Origin: Capsulimonadaceae bacterium
GTDB lineage: Bacteria > Armatimonadota > Armatimonadia > Armatimonadales > Capsulimonadaceae
Assembly (NCBI GenBank): GCA_965215505.1
Contig: OZ244065.1
Location: 3,648,001 to 3,712,000, forward strand
DNA: 64,000 bases
Reading direction: 5' to 3'
Positions 37,013-45,731 of the stretch are shown one piece after another. The translations under genes were made by a program, and so were the position numbers. Under the pieces are notes generated by a model. That model was not told where the DNA came from. It saw nothing but the letters and a program-made list of their open reading frames with translations, and did not search any database. The first letter of the stretch is position 1; every line of letters starts with the position of its first letter.

Positions 37013-37975
37013 CTAGTCCGCCTCCGCCCGGCGGCACAGGTCCCGCGCGGCCTCGGGCCAGGCCGGGAACTCGAAGGTGAAGCCTGCTTCGAGGAGGCGG
37101 CGCGGGACGACGTAGCGGCTCTTCAGGATCAGCTCCGTCTCGGTCCCCAAAGCCCGCGCGCTGATCTCCAGCATCCAGGCCGTCGCGGGTAGGCCCGCCG
37201 ACACATTGGCCGCGTCCCGCAGGGCGCGCAGGAAGGCGGCGTTCGGGAGAGGGTTCGGGGCGGCGAGGATGACCGGCCCGGCCAGAGTGTCGCCTTTCTG
37301 CCCGTCGGCGTCTATCAGGAAGCGGACGGCGCGCACGAAGTCGTCGCCGTGCATCCAGGAGACGAACTGCCGCCCGTCCCCTTCCGTCCCGCCCAGCCCG
37401 CGCCGGACCAGGCCCAGCAGGGTGTCGAAAGCCCCGCCCTTGTCCGCGCTCATCACGATGGAGGTCCGCAGGGCCGTCTTGCGCGTATGGGGCGTCGCGG
37501 CCCGCTCGAACTCCGCCTCCCACTGCCGGGCGACCTCCAGGCTGAACCGCCAGGTGTCCGGAAGATTCGGCTCCGCGCCGCCGAGGACGCCCGAAACGTC
37601 GTCGTTGGGCGCGTCATAACGATGGCTGTAGATCGTCGCCGTGCCCGCCTGGAGCCAGACGCGCGGCGGGCTGGGTGCCTCCGCGATGGCCGCCCCGACG
37701 GCGCGCGTTGACAGGACGCGCGAGTCTATGATGACCCTGCGGTTCTCGGGCGTGTACCGGCAGTTGACGCTGCGCCCGGCCAGGTTGATCACCGCGTCCG
37801 CCCCGTCCACCTCGCTCGCCCATTCGCCCGCCGTCTCGGCGTCCCAGGCCGCGACCCGCCAGGGAGCCGGCCGGGGCGTCCGGCTCAGGACGACCACTTC
37901 GTGCCCCTCGGCGTGGAACGCGCGGGCCAAAAGCGTCCCGGTCTGCCCGGTGCCGCCGGGGATGACGATCTTCAT
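37013..37975 (-). CDS. TIGR01777/YfcH-like NAD-dependent epimerase
   Basis: IPGGTGQTG, INLAGRSV, GRQFVSWMH, PRRLLEAGFTF. Confidence 0.9.
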   Translation of the reverse strand: MKIVIPGGTGQTGTLLARAFHAEGHEVVVLSRTPRPAPWRVAAWDAETAGEWASEVDGADAVINLAGRSVNCRYTPENRRVIIDSRVLSTRAVGAAIAEAPSPPRVWLQAGTATIYSHRYDAPNDDVSGVLGGAEPNLPDTWRFSLEVARQWEAEFERAATPHTRKTALRTSIVMSADKGGAFDTLLGLVRRGLGGTEGDGRQFVSWMHGDDFVRAVRFLIDADGQKGDTLAGPVILAAPNPLPNAAFLRALRDAANVSAGLPATAWMLEISARALGTETELILKSRYVVPRRLLEAGFTFEFPAWPEAARDLCRRAEAD

Positions 37976-38068
37976 GGTGTGTTTCTCCTGGTCTTACCAA
38001 GGTTGGAGGATCGGTGGCCGCTAAAGATCGCCCCCGTCCTGCCGACAATGGCATGTGGAATGCCTTCA

Positions 38069-40321
38069 ATGAAACGCGACACACGCCGGCGGGTCCGCGC
38101 GCTCGTCCTGCTCCGCCGTCCGGCCCGCTGGGCGCGGTCCGACCGGGAGACCTGCCGCCGCCTGCTGCTGATCGCGGCCTCGACCGGCCTCTTCCTCCTG
38201 TGCCTGATTCTTAAGCCGGGCGGCCTCAAGGTCACCGACGAGGTGAGCAGCCTCGCCGACATCGCGCTCGGCCTGCTGGGCGCGTGGTGGTGCTTCGCCG
38301 CCGCCCTGTCCCGAAGCCCGGACGGTGCCGGGCGGCCCGGACTCGCGCGGCGGGTGACGCTCTCGCTGCTCGGCCTGGGCGTGTTCGCCTCCGTGCTGGG
38401 CGACGCCGTCTGGTCCTACAACGAGACCCTGCTGCGCCGCGTGATGCCGTTCCCCTCCTGGGCCGACGCCTGCTACCTGTCCCAGTACCCGCTGCTGCTG
38501 CTGGGCATCCTGCGCCTGCCGACGCGGCGGCTGCCGCCGGCCCTGCGCTGGCGGGTCGTCCTGGACAGCCTCATCACGTTGACGGCCCTGGTCACCCTCT
38601 CCTGGTACTTCGTCCTGGGGCCGACCGTCCTGGGCGGGACGGAGTCCGGGGTCAACAAGCTCCTGGCGGCGGCCTTCCCCGTGGGCGACCTGGTCCTGCT
38701 GGTTTCGCTGCTCCTGGTCATGGCGCAGAGCCGCGACAGCGTCCCCCGGCCCGCCGTGGCGGCTCTCTCCGTCGGCCTGCTGTGCATCATCACGGCGGAC
38801 ACCACTTTCCTCTACCAGATGCTGAAGGGCACCTACACTCCGGGCGGCCTGGTGGGCGTGTGCGGGCCGCTGGCCTATCTGACCCTCGGGCTGGGGGCCT
38901 GGCTCTCGCGCCGGGCGCGGGCCGGGGCGGGCGACGAGCGCCCCGCCGTGCCGCTGCTCTGGCGGTCGCTGCTGCCCTACGCGCTCGTGCCCGCCGTCGG
39001 CGTCCTCTCGGTCTATACCCGGATGCACCGGGGCGGCGGGATGCACCGGGGCGACGAGGCCCTGGAACTCGGCGTCTTCGTCGGGGCGGCCCTGCTGGTC
39101 GCCCTGGTGGTGACGCGGCAGGCCGTCGCCATCAGCCGCCTGATCGCAGACCTCCGGGAGCGCATCGCCGAGTCGGAGGCGGCGCGGCACCACCTGACCG
39201 CCCTGGCCGAGCAGGATGGACTGACCGGCCTGCTGAACCACCGCGTCTTCCACAAGCGGCTGGAGGAGGAGGCGGGCCGGGCGCAAAGCTCGGGCCGGCC
39301 CCTGACGGTCGCGCTCGTGGACCTGGACAACTTCAAGTTCTTCAACGACGCCTACGGGCACCTCGCCGGGGACGACGTGCTGCGGCAGGTCGCCGCCGCC
39401 CTGCTGTCCTGCTGCCGGGCGGGGGACACGCTGGCCCGGTTCGGCGGCGACGAGTTCGCCCTGCTGCTGCCGGGCGCGGGGCGGGAGGAGGCGGGGCGGC
39501 TGGCCGCTCGCCTCCAGGCCCGCCTGGACGGGCTGGCCTACCGCCCGCCGGACCACGACGTCGCCATCCCGCTGCGGCTCTCGGTCGGGACCGCCGTCTT
39601 CCCCGAGGAGGGCGCGGGCCGCATGGAGGCGCTGGCCCTCGCCGACGCCCGCCTGTACCGGGCCAAGACGGGCGGGGGCGACGACGACACGGCCCAGCGC
39701 CTGCGCGCCGACCTGTCCCTCTCCGTCGAGGGCTTCTCCATGCTGGACGCCCTGGTGGCCGCCGTGGACAATAAGGACCGCTACACCGGCAAGCACTCCG
39801 AGGACGTCCTGACCTTCAGCCTCCAGATCGCCGGGGCATTAGGCATGGACGAGGAGGCGCGGCACACGGTCGCGGTCGCCGCCCTGCTGCACGACGTCGG
39901 CAAGATCGGCGTCCCCGACAAGATCCTCCGCAAGCCGGGCCGGCTGACGGGCGAGGAGAACACCGCCATCCGGCACCACCCGACCATGGGGGCCATCCTC
40001 GTCGGGGCCGTGCCCGGCTTCGAGGACGTGCTGGAAGCCGTCCGCCACCACCACGAGCGGTGGGACGGCGCGGGCTACCCGTTCGGCCTGCGCGGTGAGG
40101 AGACGCCGCTGATCGCCCGCCTGATGGCCGTCGCCGACGCCTACAGCGCGATGACGACCGACCGCCCCTACCGCAAAGGCATGGCCGAGGAGAGCGCCCT
40201 GGCCGAGATCGAGCGCGGTGCCGGCTCTCAGTTTGACCCCGCTTTGGCCCGGCTCTTCGTCGCCGTGCGGCGTCCGGAAGTGCGAATGGAAGAGGCCGGC
40301 GTTCTGCTGAGAGCGGCCTGA
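38069..40321 (+). CDS. Membrane GGDEF + HD-GYP c-di-GMP enzyme
   Basis: Multiple TMs; DGLTGLLN, ARFGGDEF; LLHDVGK, HHERWDGAGYP. Confidence 0.93.
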   Translation: MKRDTRRRVRALVLLRRPARWARSDRETCRRLLLIAASTGLFLLCLILKPGGLKVTDEVSSLADIALGLLGAWWCFAAALSRSPDGAGRPGLARRVTLSLLGLGVFASVLGDAVWSYNETLLRRVMPFPSWADACYLSQYPLLLLGILRLPTRRLPPALRWRVVLDSLITLTALVTLSWYFVLGPTVLGGTESGVNKLLAAAFPVGDLVLLVSLLLVMAQSRDSVPRPAVAALSVGLLCIITADTTFLYQMLKGTYTPGGLVGVCGPLAYLTLGLGAWLSRRARAGAGDERPAVPLLWRSLLPYALVPAVGVLSVYTRMHRGGGMHRGDEALELGVFVGAALLVALVVTRQAVAISRLIADLRERIAESEAARHHLTALAEQDGLTGLLNHRVFHKRLEEEAGRAQSSGRPLTVALVDLDNFKFFNDAYGHLAGDDVLRQVAAALLSCCRAGDTLARFGGDEFALLLPGAGREEAGRLAARLQARLDGLAYRPPDHDVAIPLRLSVGTAVFPEEGAGRMEALALADARLYRAKTGGGDDDTAQRLRADLSLSVEGFSMLDALVAAVDNKDRYTGKHSEDVLTFSLQIAGALGMDEEARHTVAVAALLHDVGKIGVPDKILRKPGRLTGEENTAIRHHPTMGAILVGAVPGFEDVLEAVRHHHERWDGAGYPFGLRGEETPLIARLMAVADAYSAMTTDRPYRKGMAEESALAEIERGAGSQFDPALARLFVAVRRPEVRMEEAGVLLRAA

Positions 40322-40371
40322 CACACACAGTTTGGCTTGTATTTCAGTGCTTCATCTGGTATTATCGCATC

Positions 40372-40554
40372 GTGCCAGACGAAATCCTGTTGACAGCTTG
40401 GGAAGCCGCCGCAGAACTGGGCGTTCATGTCGGCACAGTCCACAATGCGTTCCAGCAGAACCGCCTGCCGTCCGTCGCCCTCCACGGGCGCAAGCTGATC
40501 CGCCGTGCGGCCTCGGACGCCTACAAGCGGCGGACGAGGCCGCACGGCGAATGA
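40372..40554 (+). CDS. Small HTH_17-like DNA-binding protein
   Basis: LTAWEAAAELGVHVGTV..RLPS..GRKLIRR; TTGTAT-N17-TATTAT-N6-GTG upstream. Confidence 0.7.
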   Translation: MPDEILLTAWEAAAELGVHVGTVHNAFQQNRLPSVALHGRKLIRRAASDAYKRRTRPHGE

Positions 40555-41036
40555 GCAGTCTACTCCTGTATTCAACGAATGTGTTTCTGAAGCAGTTAAT
40601 TCAGGAAAGATACCGCGGTGACCTACATTATGTGTGGTGCAGTGACTGCTTCGACAGCACGAAGCTGGCCGGTTATACGGTGGGTGCATTAAACGCTCCA
40701 AGCTCCAACCCTGTTGAAATCTATCGGGATTTAAAGCGAGATGTCGAACGGGGCGATCTCCATAGCTCAAAGATATCGGAGCAGAAAACCTCTTTCAAAG
40801 CGTTGGCCGTGAAGTGGCAACAGGCTGGGGAGATCACCGTAGACCAGGAACAAGAGATCATCTTTATGGTGGACAGGGCTGGCTCCCACTTATGGCGTCC
40901 CTTGATCTACGTCATTCCCCGTTCCTTAGTAGAAAGCCGATTGCAGGTCGTGCCAATCGCTAAAAGGGCTTCATTCGCGGATGAGTTCATCATTCCCGAC
41001 CTGGCGCGGTCGGAATTTGATCTGATTGAGCCATAG
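40551..41036 (+). CDS. Hypothetical protein (161 aa, atypical composition)
   Basis: ATGA-coupled to the HTH gene; visibly A/T-richer codons. Confidence 0.7.
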   Translation: MSSLLLYSTNVFLKQLIQERYRGDLHYVWCSDCFDSTKLAGYTVGALNAPSSNPVEIYRDLKRDVERGDLHSSKISEQKTSFKALAVKWQQAGEITVDQEQEIIFMVDRAGSHLWRPLIYVIPRSLVESRLQVVPIAKRASFADEFIIPDLARSEFDLIEP

Positions 41037-41083
41037 CTATCGAAGACGTGTCGCGGCCGTGGTGACTCAGAGGGTTTGAGATT

Positions 41084-41914
41084 ATGTTAAGTAGCTTGCA
41101 GGAATATACGCAACGGGAGGCGCAGGGGCTTCTTTCCGCCATCACTCTTTCTCTGTTGCCAAGCCCGACATCGCAGCGCATCGCCAGTGCTGACTCTGAT
41201 GTCCGCCGCCGCGTTCTCACAGAGGCACGCAACCTCCTCCATCTTCGCGATGATGATGAGTCCCCTGCCACACGCACAAAGATGCTGGACTTCCTGGGTG
41301 ACCAGATCAGTGAGAGCGTCCTGCGTGGGGCCGATCTCAGGGAGATCGAGGCCCGGCTAAGTGGTATAGGTGTTGGTCTCACGGGTGAGGTAACCAACCT
41401 GATTGGTATACTAACCCATGCTGGCGTCCCGAAGGAACACGCAGAGTCTTACGCTGAGGGCGTTCGCCGGGGCGGAACTCTGGTGATAGTGAACGCGCCG
41501 GACAACCAAGCCGAGGGGGCTGTAGAGATTCTGAACAGGCATGGTGCAGTAGATGTTGAGGAGCGCGGCCCCTTATATCGTGACGACGATAAGCAGGGTT
41601 TTCAGATCATCGAAGAGGATCTGACCGTAGGCAAGCGGCAAATCCAGCGCGGCGGCACCCGCGTCCAAACCTACGTCATTGAACACCCCGTCGAGGAGAG
41701 TGTGACGCTACACGAGGAGCATGTGATCATTGAGCGCCGCCTGATGGAGCGGGATGGGATGGTTTCTAAGGAGGCCCGTGTGGTTGAGGAAGTCGTCGTT
41801 GGCAAGACCGCGACCGCCCGCGTGGAAGCCGTCTCAGACACCGTCCGTCGTGCCGATGTGGGGGCTGAAGAACTTCCAAATGTGACCTCGGTGACCGGCA
41901 CAGCCAAACCCTAA
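41084..41914 (+). pseudogene. Chimeric/degenerate ORF: unknown N-terminus + stress-protein and YsnF/DUF2382 fragments
   Basis: GVPKEHAESYAEGVRRGGTLV; EEDLTVGKRQ..VEESVTLHEEHV..KEARVVEEVVVGK. Confidence 0.55.
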
Positions 41915-42098
41915 CATCCTGGGGAGGTAGCCTAACCGCACGCTGCTGGTCGGTGCTGGGACTGCCCCTCAAGTCAGCCGCCAATAGGCATCAAGACAAA
42001 CACAAAGCAGGGGCCGCTGGTATGTTCCGGCGGCCCTCTCCTCTGCCGGGCCTCTGGCATATGACCCTCACTGGCCGTGCCGGCAGCCCGGATGAGCC

Positions 42099-42326
42099 TC
42101 ATCCCAGGTGGACTTGCACCAGCACACCGCAGAAGGCGGCGGCAGCCGTCAGGGCCAGCACCCCGCCCGCCTCCCAGCCCATCCCCTCTTTCCTCGCTGC
42201 CATTCCCCCCATGTGCATCTGCCCGCCGACCCGCGCGCCGGGTGACGCCTTCCGGGGGAAGCAGTCCTGCCGGACGATGTGCTGCTGGACGATGTGCCGG
42301 TATGTCTGTCGGATGCTCTGCTGCAT
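42099..42326 (-). CDS. Small hypothetical membrane protein
   Basis: GAGGAG RBS; C-terminal TM. Confidence 0.45.
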   Translation of the reverse strand: MQQSIRQTYRHIVQQHIVRQDCFPRKASPGARVGGQMHMGGMAARKEGMGWEAGGVLALTAAAAFCGVLVQVHLG

Positions 42327-42628
42327 GGCCGTGATCTCCTCGGGTGTGTTGTCTACACGGAGAGGATATCACAGGGGCGTAATGCAAAGCGTAATCAAAG
42401 TGCGGGTTTCTGCAGCCCGTGCGTCCCGGCTGCGCCGGAGGGCCGCCCGCCTCGGGGCTTCCGATCGGGCATCATCCCCTTGCGTTCCAGAGGCCCCCCT
42501 GGTATCCTGCCGACAGCGGGAAAAGCCGCTGATGGCTTGGCGCGGAAGCCGGTGGCAGCCGCGCAGGTTGCGCGTAAAGTCATGGAGGTGCTTGATGGCT
42601 GTGCCGGCGTTGCGAGGGTCTTGATTCA

Positions 42629-43586
42629 TCATCCCGCCTGGCGGGCGCAGCAACGGAAATCCTTGAAGCCGAACGGCTGCGCTGCGGGTAAACGCTCACG
42701 GATCTGTTGATCCTCAAAGAGTGTCCGTGGCACCAGATCAGCCGGCACAGGGGCACACGCAGGCATGGCCTCGGTGATGCCTTCCGACAGCATGAATACC
42801 TGTGCGGAAGAAATCAGCGGCACGGTCATCGTGTGTTCGAAGAGCCAGGCCAGAACCCGGTGGGCAAAGATGGGAAATGGAAACGTCACAACGCTTCTGC
42901 CGAGAATGCGGGCCACTTGTTTTACCGCATCGCTTAACAGCATCCTTTGCGGGCCGACGACCGCCACGGTTTGACCCGGCATGCGATTATCGGTGAGAGC
43001 CGCTTGAAGGATGCGAACGATGTCTTCTACGGCGACCGGCTGGATCGCCTTCTCCCGAAAACCGACGGCGGGGAAGAACGGCAGGCTGTGGAGAGTGTGG
43101 CTAAGATGATCCAGCATGTGATCGCCTTTGCCGTAAATCATGCCCGCTTTGATGATCGTGTGGTCCAGTCCTGAACCCCGCACGATCTCCTCGGCCGCCC
43201 ATTTCGACTCATGGTACGGCGAACGGCAGTGGGGGCGTGCCCGGAGGAAGCTGAGAAGCAAGACCTTTCTCACCCCGGCGGCGCGTGCGGCGTCCACGAC
43301 ATTCCGTGTCCCCTGGACATGAACGCGCTCATAGGTTTGTTCGCCGATGGCACGGCTGATCCCCGCACAGTGGGCCAGCGCATCACATCCGGCAAATGCC
43401 TCGGCCAGTTTCTTCGCGGATGACGTGCCGATCTCCGCGAAGGTCGCATTGTCCAGAGTGCGTATCTCCGTGTCGCGGGCATCAACCCCCCCGTGCGATG
43501 AGGACGACCTGATGCCCGCTCTGCACAAGGGCGCGTGCGAGATGCCGCCCGACGAATCCGGTTCCGCCCGTGATCGCGATTTTCAT
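42629..43586 (-). pseudogene. NAD(P)-binding epimerase/SDR (NDUFA9-like), frameshifted in a G7 tract
   Basis: ATG 43586 gives MKIAITGGTGFVGRHL..IARG then stop; body (YHESKWAAE) in another frame; C7 run at 43486-43492. Confidence 0.8.
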
Positions 43587-43623
43587 TGGTAAGCCTCCAG
43601 TCTTGGGCCTCTCTGACCGGTCC

Positions 43624-44031
43624 TCACTGATAGGGCACATAGCCCGGCGTCGGGGCCTCGCCGACGGGCATGGGCTTCCGGCTGTTCAGGGCCGACGTGC
43701 GGATCCTGCTGAACAGGAACAGGTTGAAGAAGTGCATCGCCCCCAGCACCAGCAGGACCAGGCCCATCTTCGAGGCCAAGGCCTCGATGCCCTGGCGGGC
43801 GTCGGTGACGGGGTCGCTGATCTTCAGCATCAGGCTGATGTAGCCCAGGTTGATCAGGTAGAACCCGACCACCAGGAGCTGGTTCACCGAGTCGGCGATG
43901 GCCTCGTTGCCCCGGAAGACGTCCACGAGGAAGACCCGCCCGCTCTTGAAGAGCGTCCGGGCCACCCAGACGGTCAGGGCGATGCTGAGAACTAAGTACG
44001 CGGCGTAGGTCGTGACGATCTCGGTCTGCAT
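43624..44031 (-). CDS. Conserved-type integral membrane protein
   Basis: Three TMs; GRVFLVDVF..ADSVNQLLVVGFYLINLGY. Confidence 0.8.
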   Translation of the reverse strand: MQTEIVTTYAAYLVLSIALTVWVARTLFKSGRVFLVDVFRGNEAIADSVNQLLVVGFYLINLGYISLMLKISDPVTDARQGIEALASKMGLVLLVLGAMHFFNLFLFSRIRTSALNSRKPMPVGEAPTPGYVPYQ

Positions 44032-44084
44032 TTCGGGCCTCTTTCTGTCTTCCGTTCTGTCTCGTTTTCTGTTCGGCGTGGTAT

Positions 44085-44166
44085 AATGAACATGTTCATT
44101 GTTCACTGATAAGAGGATACCCACATTGAACGGGGAAGTCAAGCGTTTTATGAACATGTTCATAAA
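44085..44166. promoter_or_regulatory. Two TetR-type operator palindromes
   Basis: AATGAACATGTTCATT (44085-44100) and TTTATGAACATGTTCATAAA (44147-44166) in the divergent intergenic region. Confidence 0.8.
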
Positions 44167-44184
44167 TTATTTTTGGAGTGGACC

Positions 44185-44946
44185 ATGACCGTCAAAACCG
44201 CCCCGCCGCATACTTCCGCGTCGGCAAAGACCATCGGGAAGGCGCAGCGGACGCGCGAACACATCCTGGAGACGGCGCTCGCGCTGTTCGCGCGCAAGGG
44301 CTACGCGGAAACGACCATGCGGGACATCGCCTCCGAGGCCGGCTGTTCGCTCGGCCTGGCGTACCGCTACTTCGCGCGCAAGGAGGAGATGGTGCTGGCC
44401 CTGTATGAGCGGCTGGCCTCGGAACTGGAGGAGGAGGTGGCGGGCCTGCCGCCCCTGCCGCTGGCGAAGCGGTTCGTGGCGACCCTGGAGGCGGATTTGC
44501 GGCGTCTGACGCCGCACCGGGCGACGATGGGGGCACTGTTCGCGGCGGGGCTTGCCCCGGACTCGCCGGTGGCCGTGCTGGGGGAGGGGGTGTCGGGCCT
44601 TCGGGACCGCGTCTGGCGGCTGTATTTACTAGTCGTGACGGGGGCGTCCGACGCGCCCCGGCGCGGCCAGGCGGAGCAGATGGCGACGCTGTTCTACTCG
44701 GCCCACCTGCTAATCATTTTGTTCTGGCTCCAGGACAAGAGCGACGGCCAGGCGAGGACGCGCGAGCTGCTGTCCTTCGCACAGGAGATGCTGGGTCGCC
44801 TGCGCCCCGTGCTGGGCCTGCCGCCGGTGGCCCGGCCCCTGGCGCGTCTCGCCCGGATCGTCGGCCCGATGTTCGGGCCGGCGGGCGAGGGGATGGGAGC
44901 CGGGGGCAAGAGCCGGAACGAGTCAGGAGCGAGCCGGAACGAGTGA
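44185..44946 (+). CDS. TetR-family regulator
   Basis: ILETALALFARKGYAETTMRDIA..YRYFARKEE. Confidence 0.92.
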   Translation: MTVKTAPPHTSASAKTIGKAQRTREHILETALALFARKGYAETTMRDIASEAGCSLGLAYRYFARKEEMVLALYERLASELEEEVAGLPPLPLAKRFVATLEADLRRLTPHRATMGALFAAGLAPDSPVAVLGEGVSGLRDRVWRLYLLVVTGASDAPRRGQAEQMATLFYSAHLLIILFWLQDKSDGQARTRELLSFAQEMLGRLRPVLGLPPVARPLARLARIVGPMFGPAGEGMGAGGKSRNESGASRNE

Positions 44947-45176
44947 TTGAAATCACTCGCTGATGCGGGACCTGTCCAGGGGACAGAAGAAGCTGCGGAG
45001 GGAGAAGAGGGCGCGGCAGGACAAGAGGGCGCGGCAAGCGGCGCCCCTACGAGGCCCGAAGGGCTTATCCGATAGCATTGTCCGATAGCATTGTCCGAAG
45101 CCCCGAAGGGGCGGCCCACCGGCGAAGCCGGGAGTACCCCAATACAACCCTAGACCGGCCATTCATGGCCGGGTCC
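44938..45176. repeat. Composite of three REP families
   Basis: GAGTGATTGAAATCACTC/TGTCCAGGGGACA arm + CGCCCCTAC + GCGGCCCACCGGCGAAGCCGGG + CCGGCCATTCATGGCCGG. Confidence 0.8.
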
Positions 45177-45384
45177 TGCCGGATGGCAGCCGAGCCTGAC
45201 GCGGGCTGAACGTCGGGGGCTGAACGTCGGGGGCTGTCCGGGTCAGTCAACCTCAGCCCTGCGTCGTTCGGCACGCGCCCCTGTTACCGGATGACTGCCG
45301 GATGACTGCCGGATGATTACCGGGTGATCGGGCATAGGCGCTCGCGCAGGGCGGTCGTCATCGCCCCAATCAGAAGGCCGCCCT

Positions 45385-45636
45385 TCAGAGGGCTGCTTCG
45401 GATGCCGCCTGCTGGTAGGCGGTGATGGCCGGGGAAACCGCCGTGGGGGCGTCGAAGTGATGCCCGCCGTGATGGCGGCCCGAGAGCCGTTTGGCCTGGT
45501 CGGAGACGGAAAAGGTGGCGGAAGGGTCGCCGATTACCGGGTCGGTGACGGGGTCCTTGGCGTTCAAGGTAGGCCCGAGGCTGGGTGCCGGGGCGGCTGG
45601 GACCGTGCCGTTCGTGAAGATGCTGCTGATGCTCAT
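45385..45636 (-). CDS. Small hypothetical protein (83 aa)
   Basis: GGAGG RBS; MSISSI..SVSDQAKRL..AYQQ. Confidence 0.6.
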   Translation of the reverse strand: MSISSIFTNGTVPAAPAPSLGPTLNAKDPVTDPVIGDPSATFSVSDQAKRLSGRHHGGHHFDAPTAVSPAITAYQQAASEAAL

Positions 45637-45691
45637 GGGTGAGCCTCCGATCAGGTTGGACTGGCCGCGTGGTGGTTCGCAGTTGTTTCCC

Positions 45692-45718
45692 ATATCGGTA
45701 TTAATACCTGGGAACTGA
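45692..45718 (-). promoter_or_regulatory. sigma28 (FliA)-like promoter
   Basis: TCAG-N15-ACCGATAT. Confidence 0.45.
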
Positions 45719-45731
45719 AGGGTGCGCGAAA

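Noticed and set aside
42381-42623. Possible ribbon-helix-helix antitoxin remnant (MQSVIKVRVS..)
   Set aside because: No partner toxin and no convincing motif
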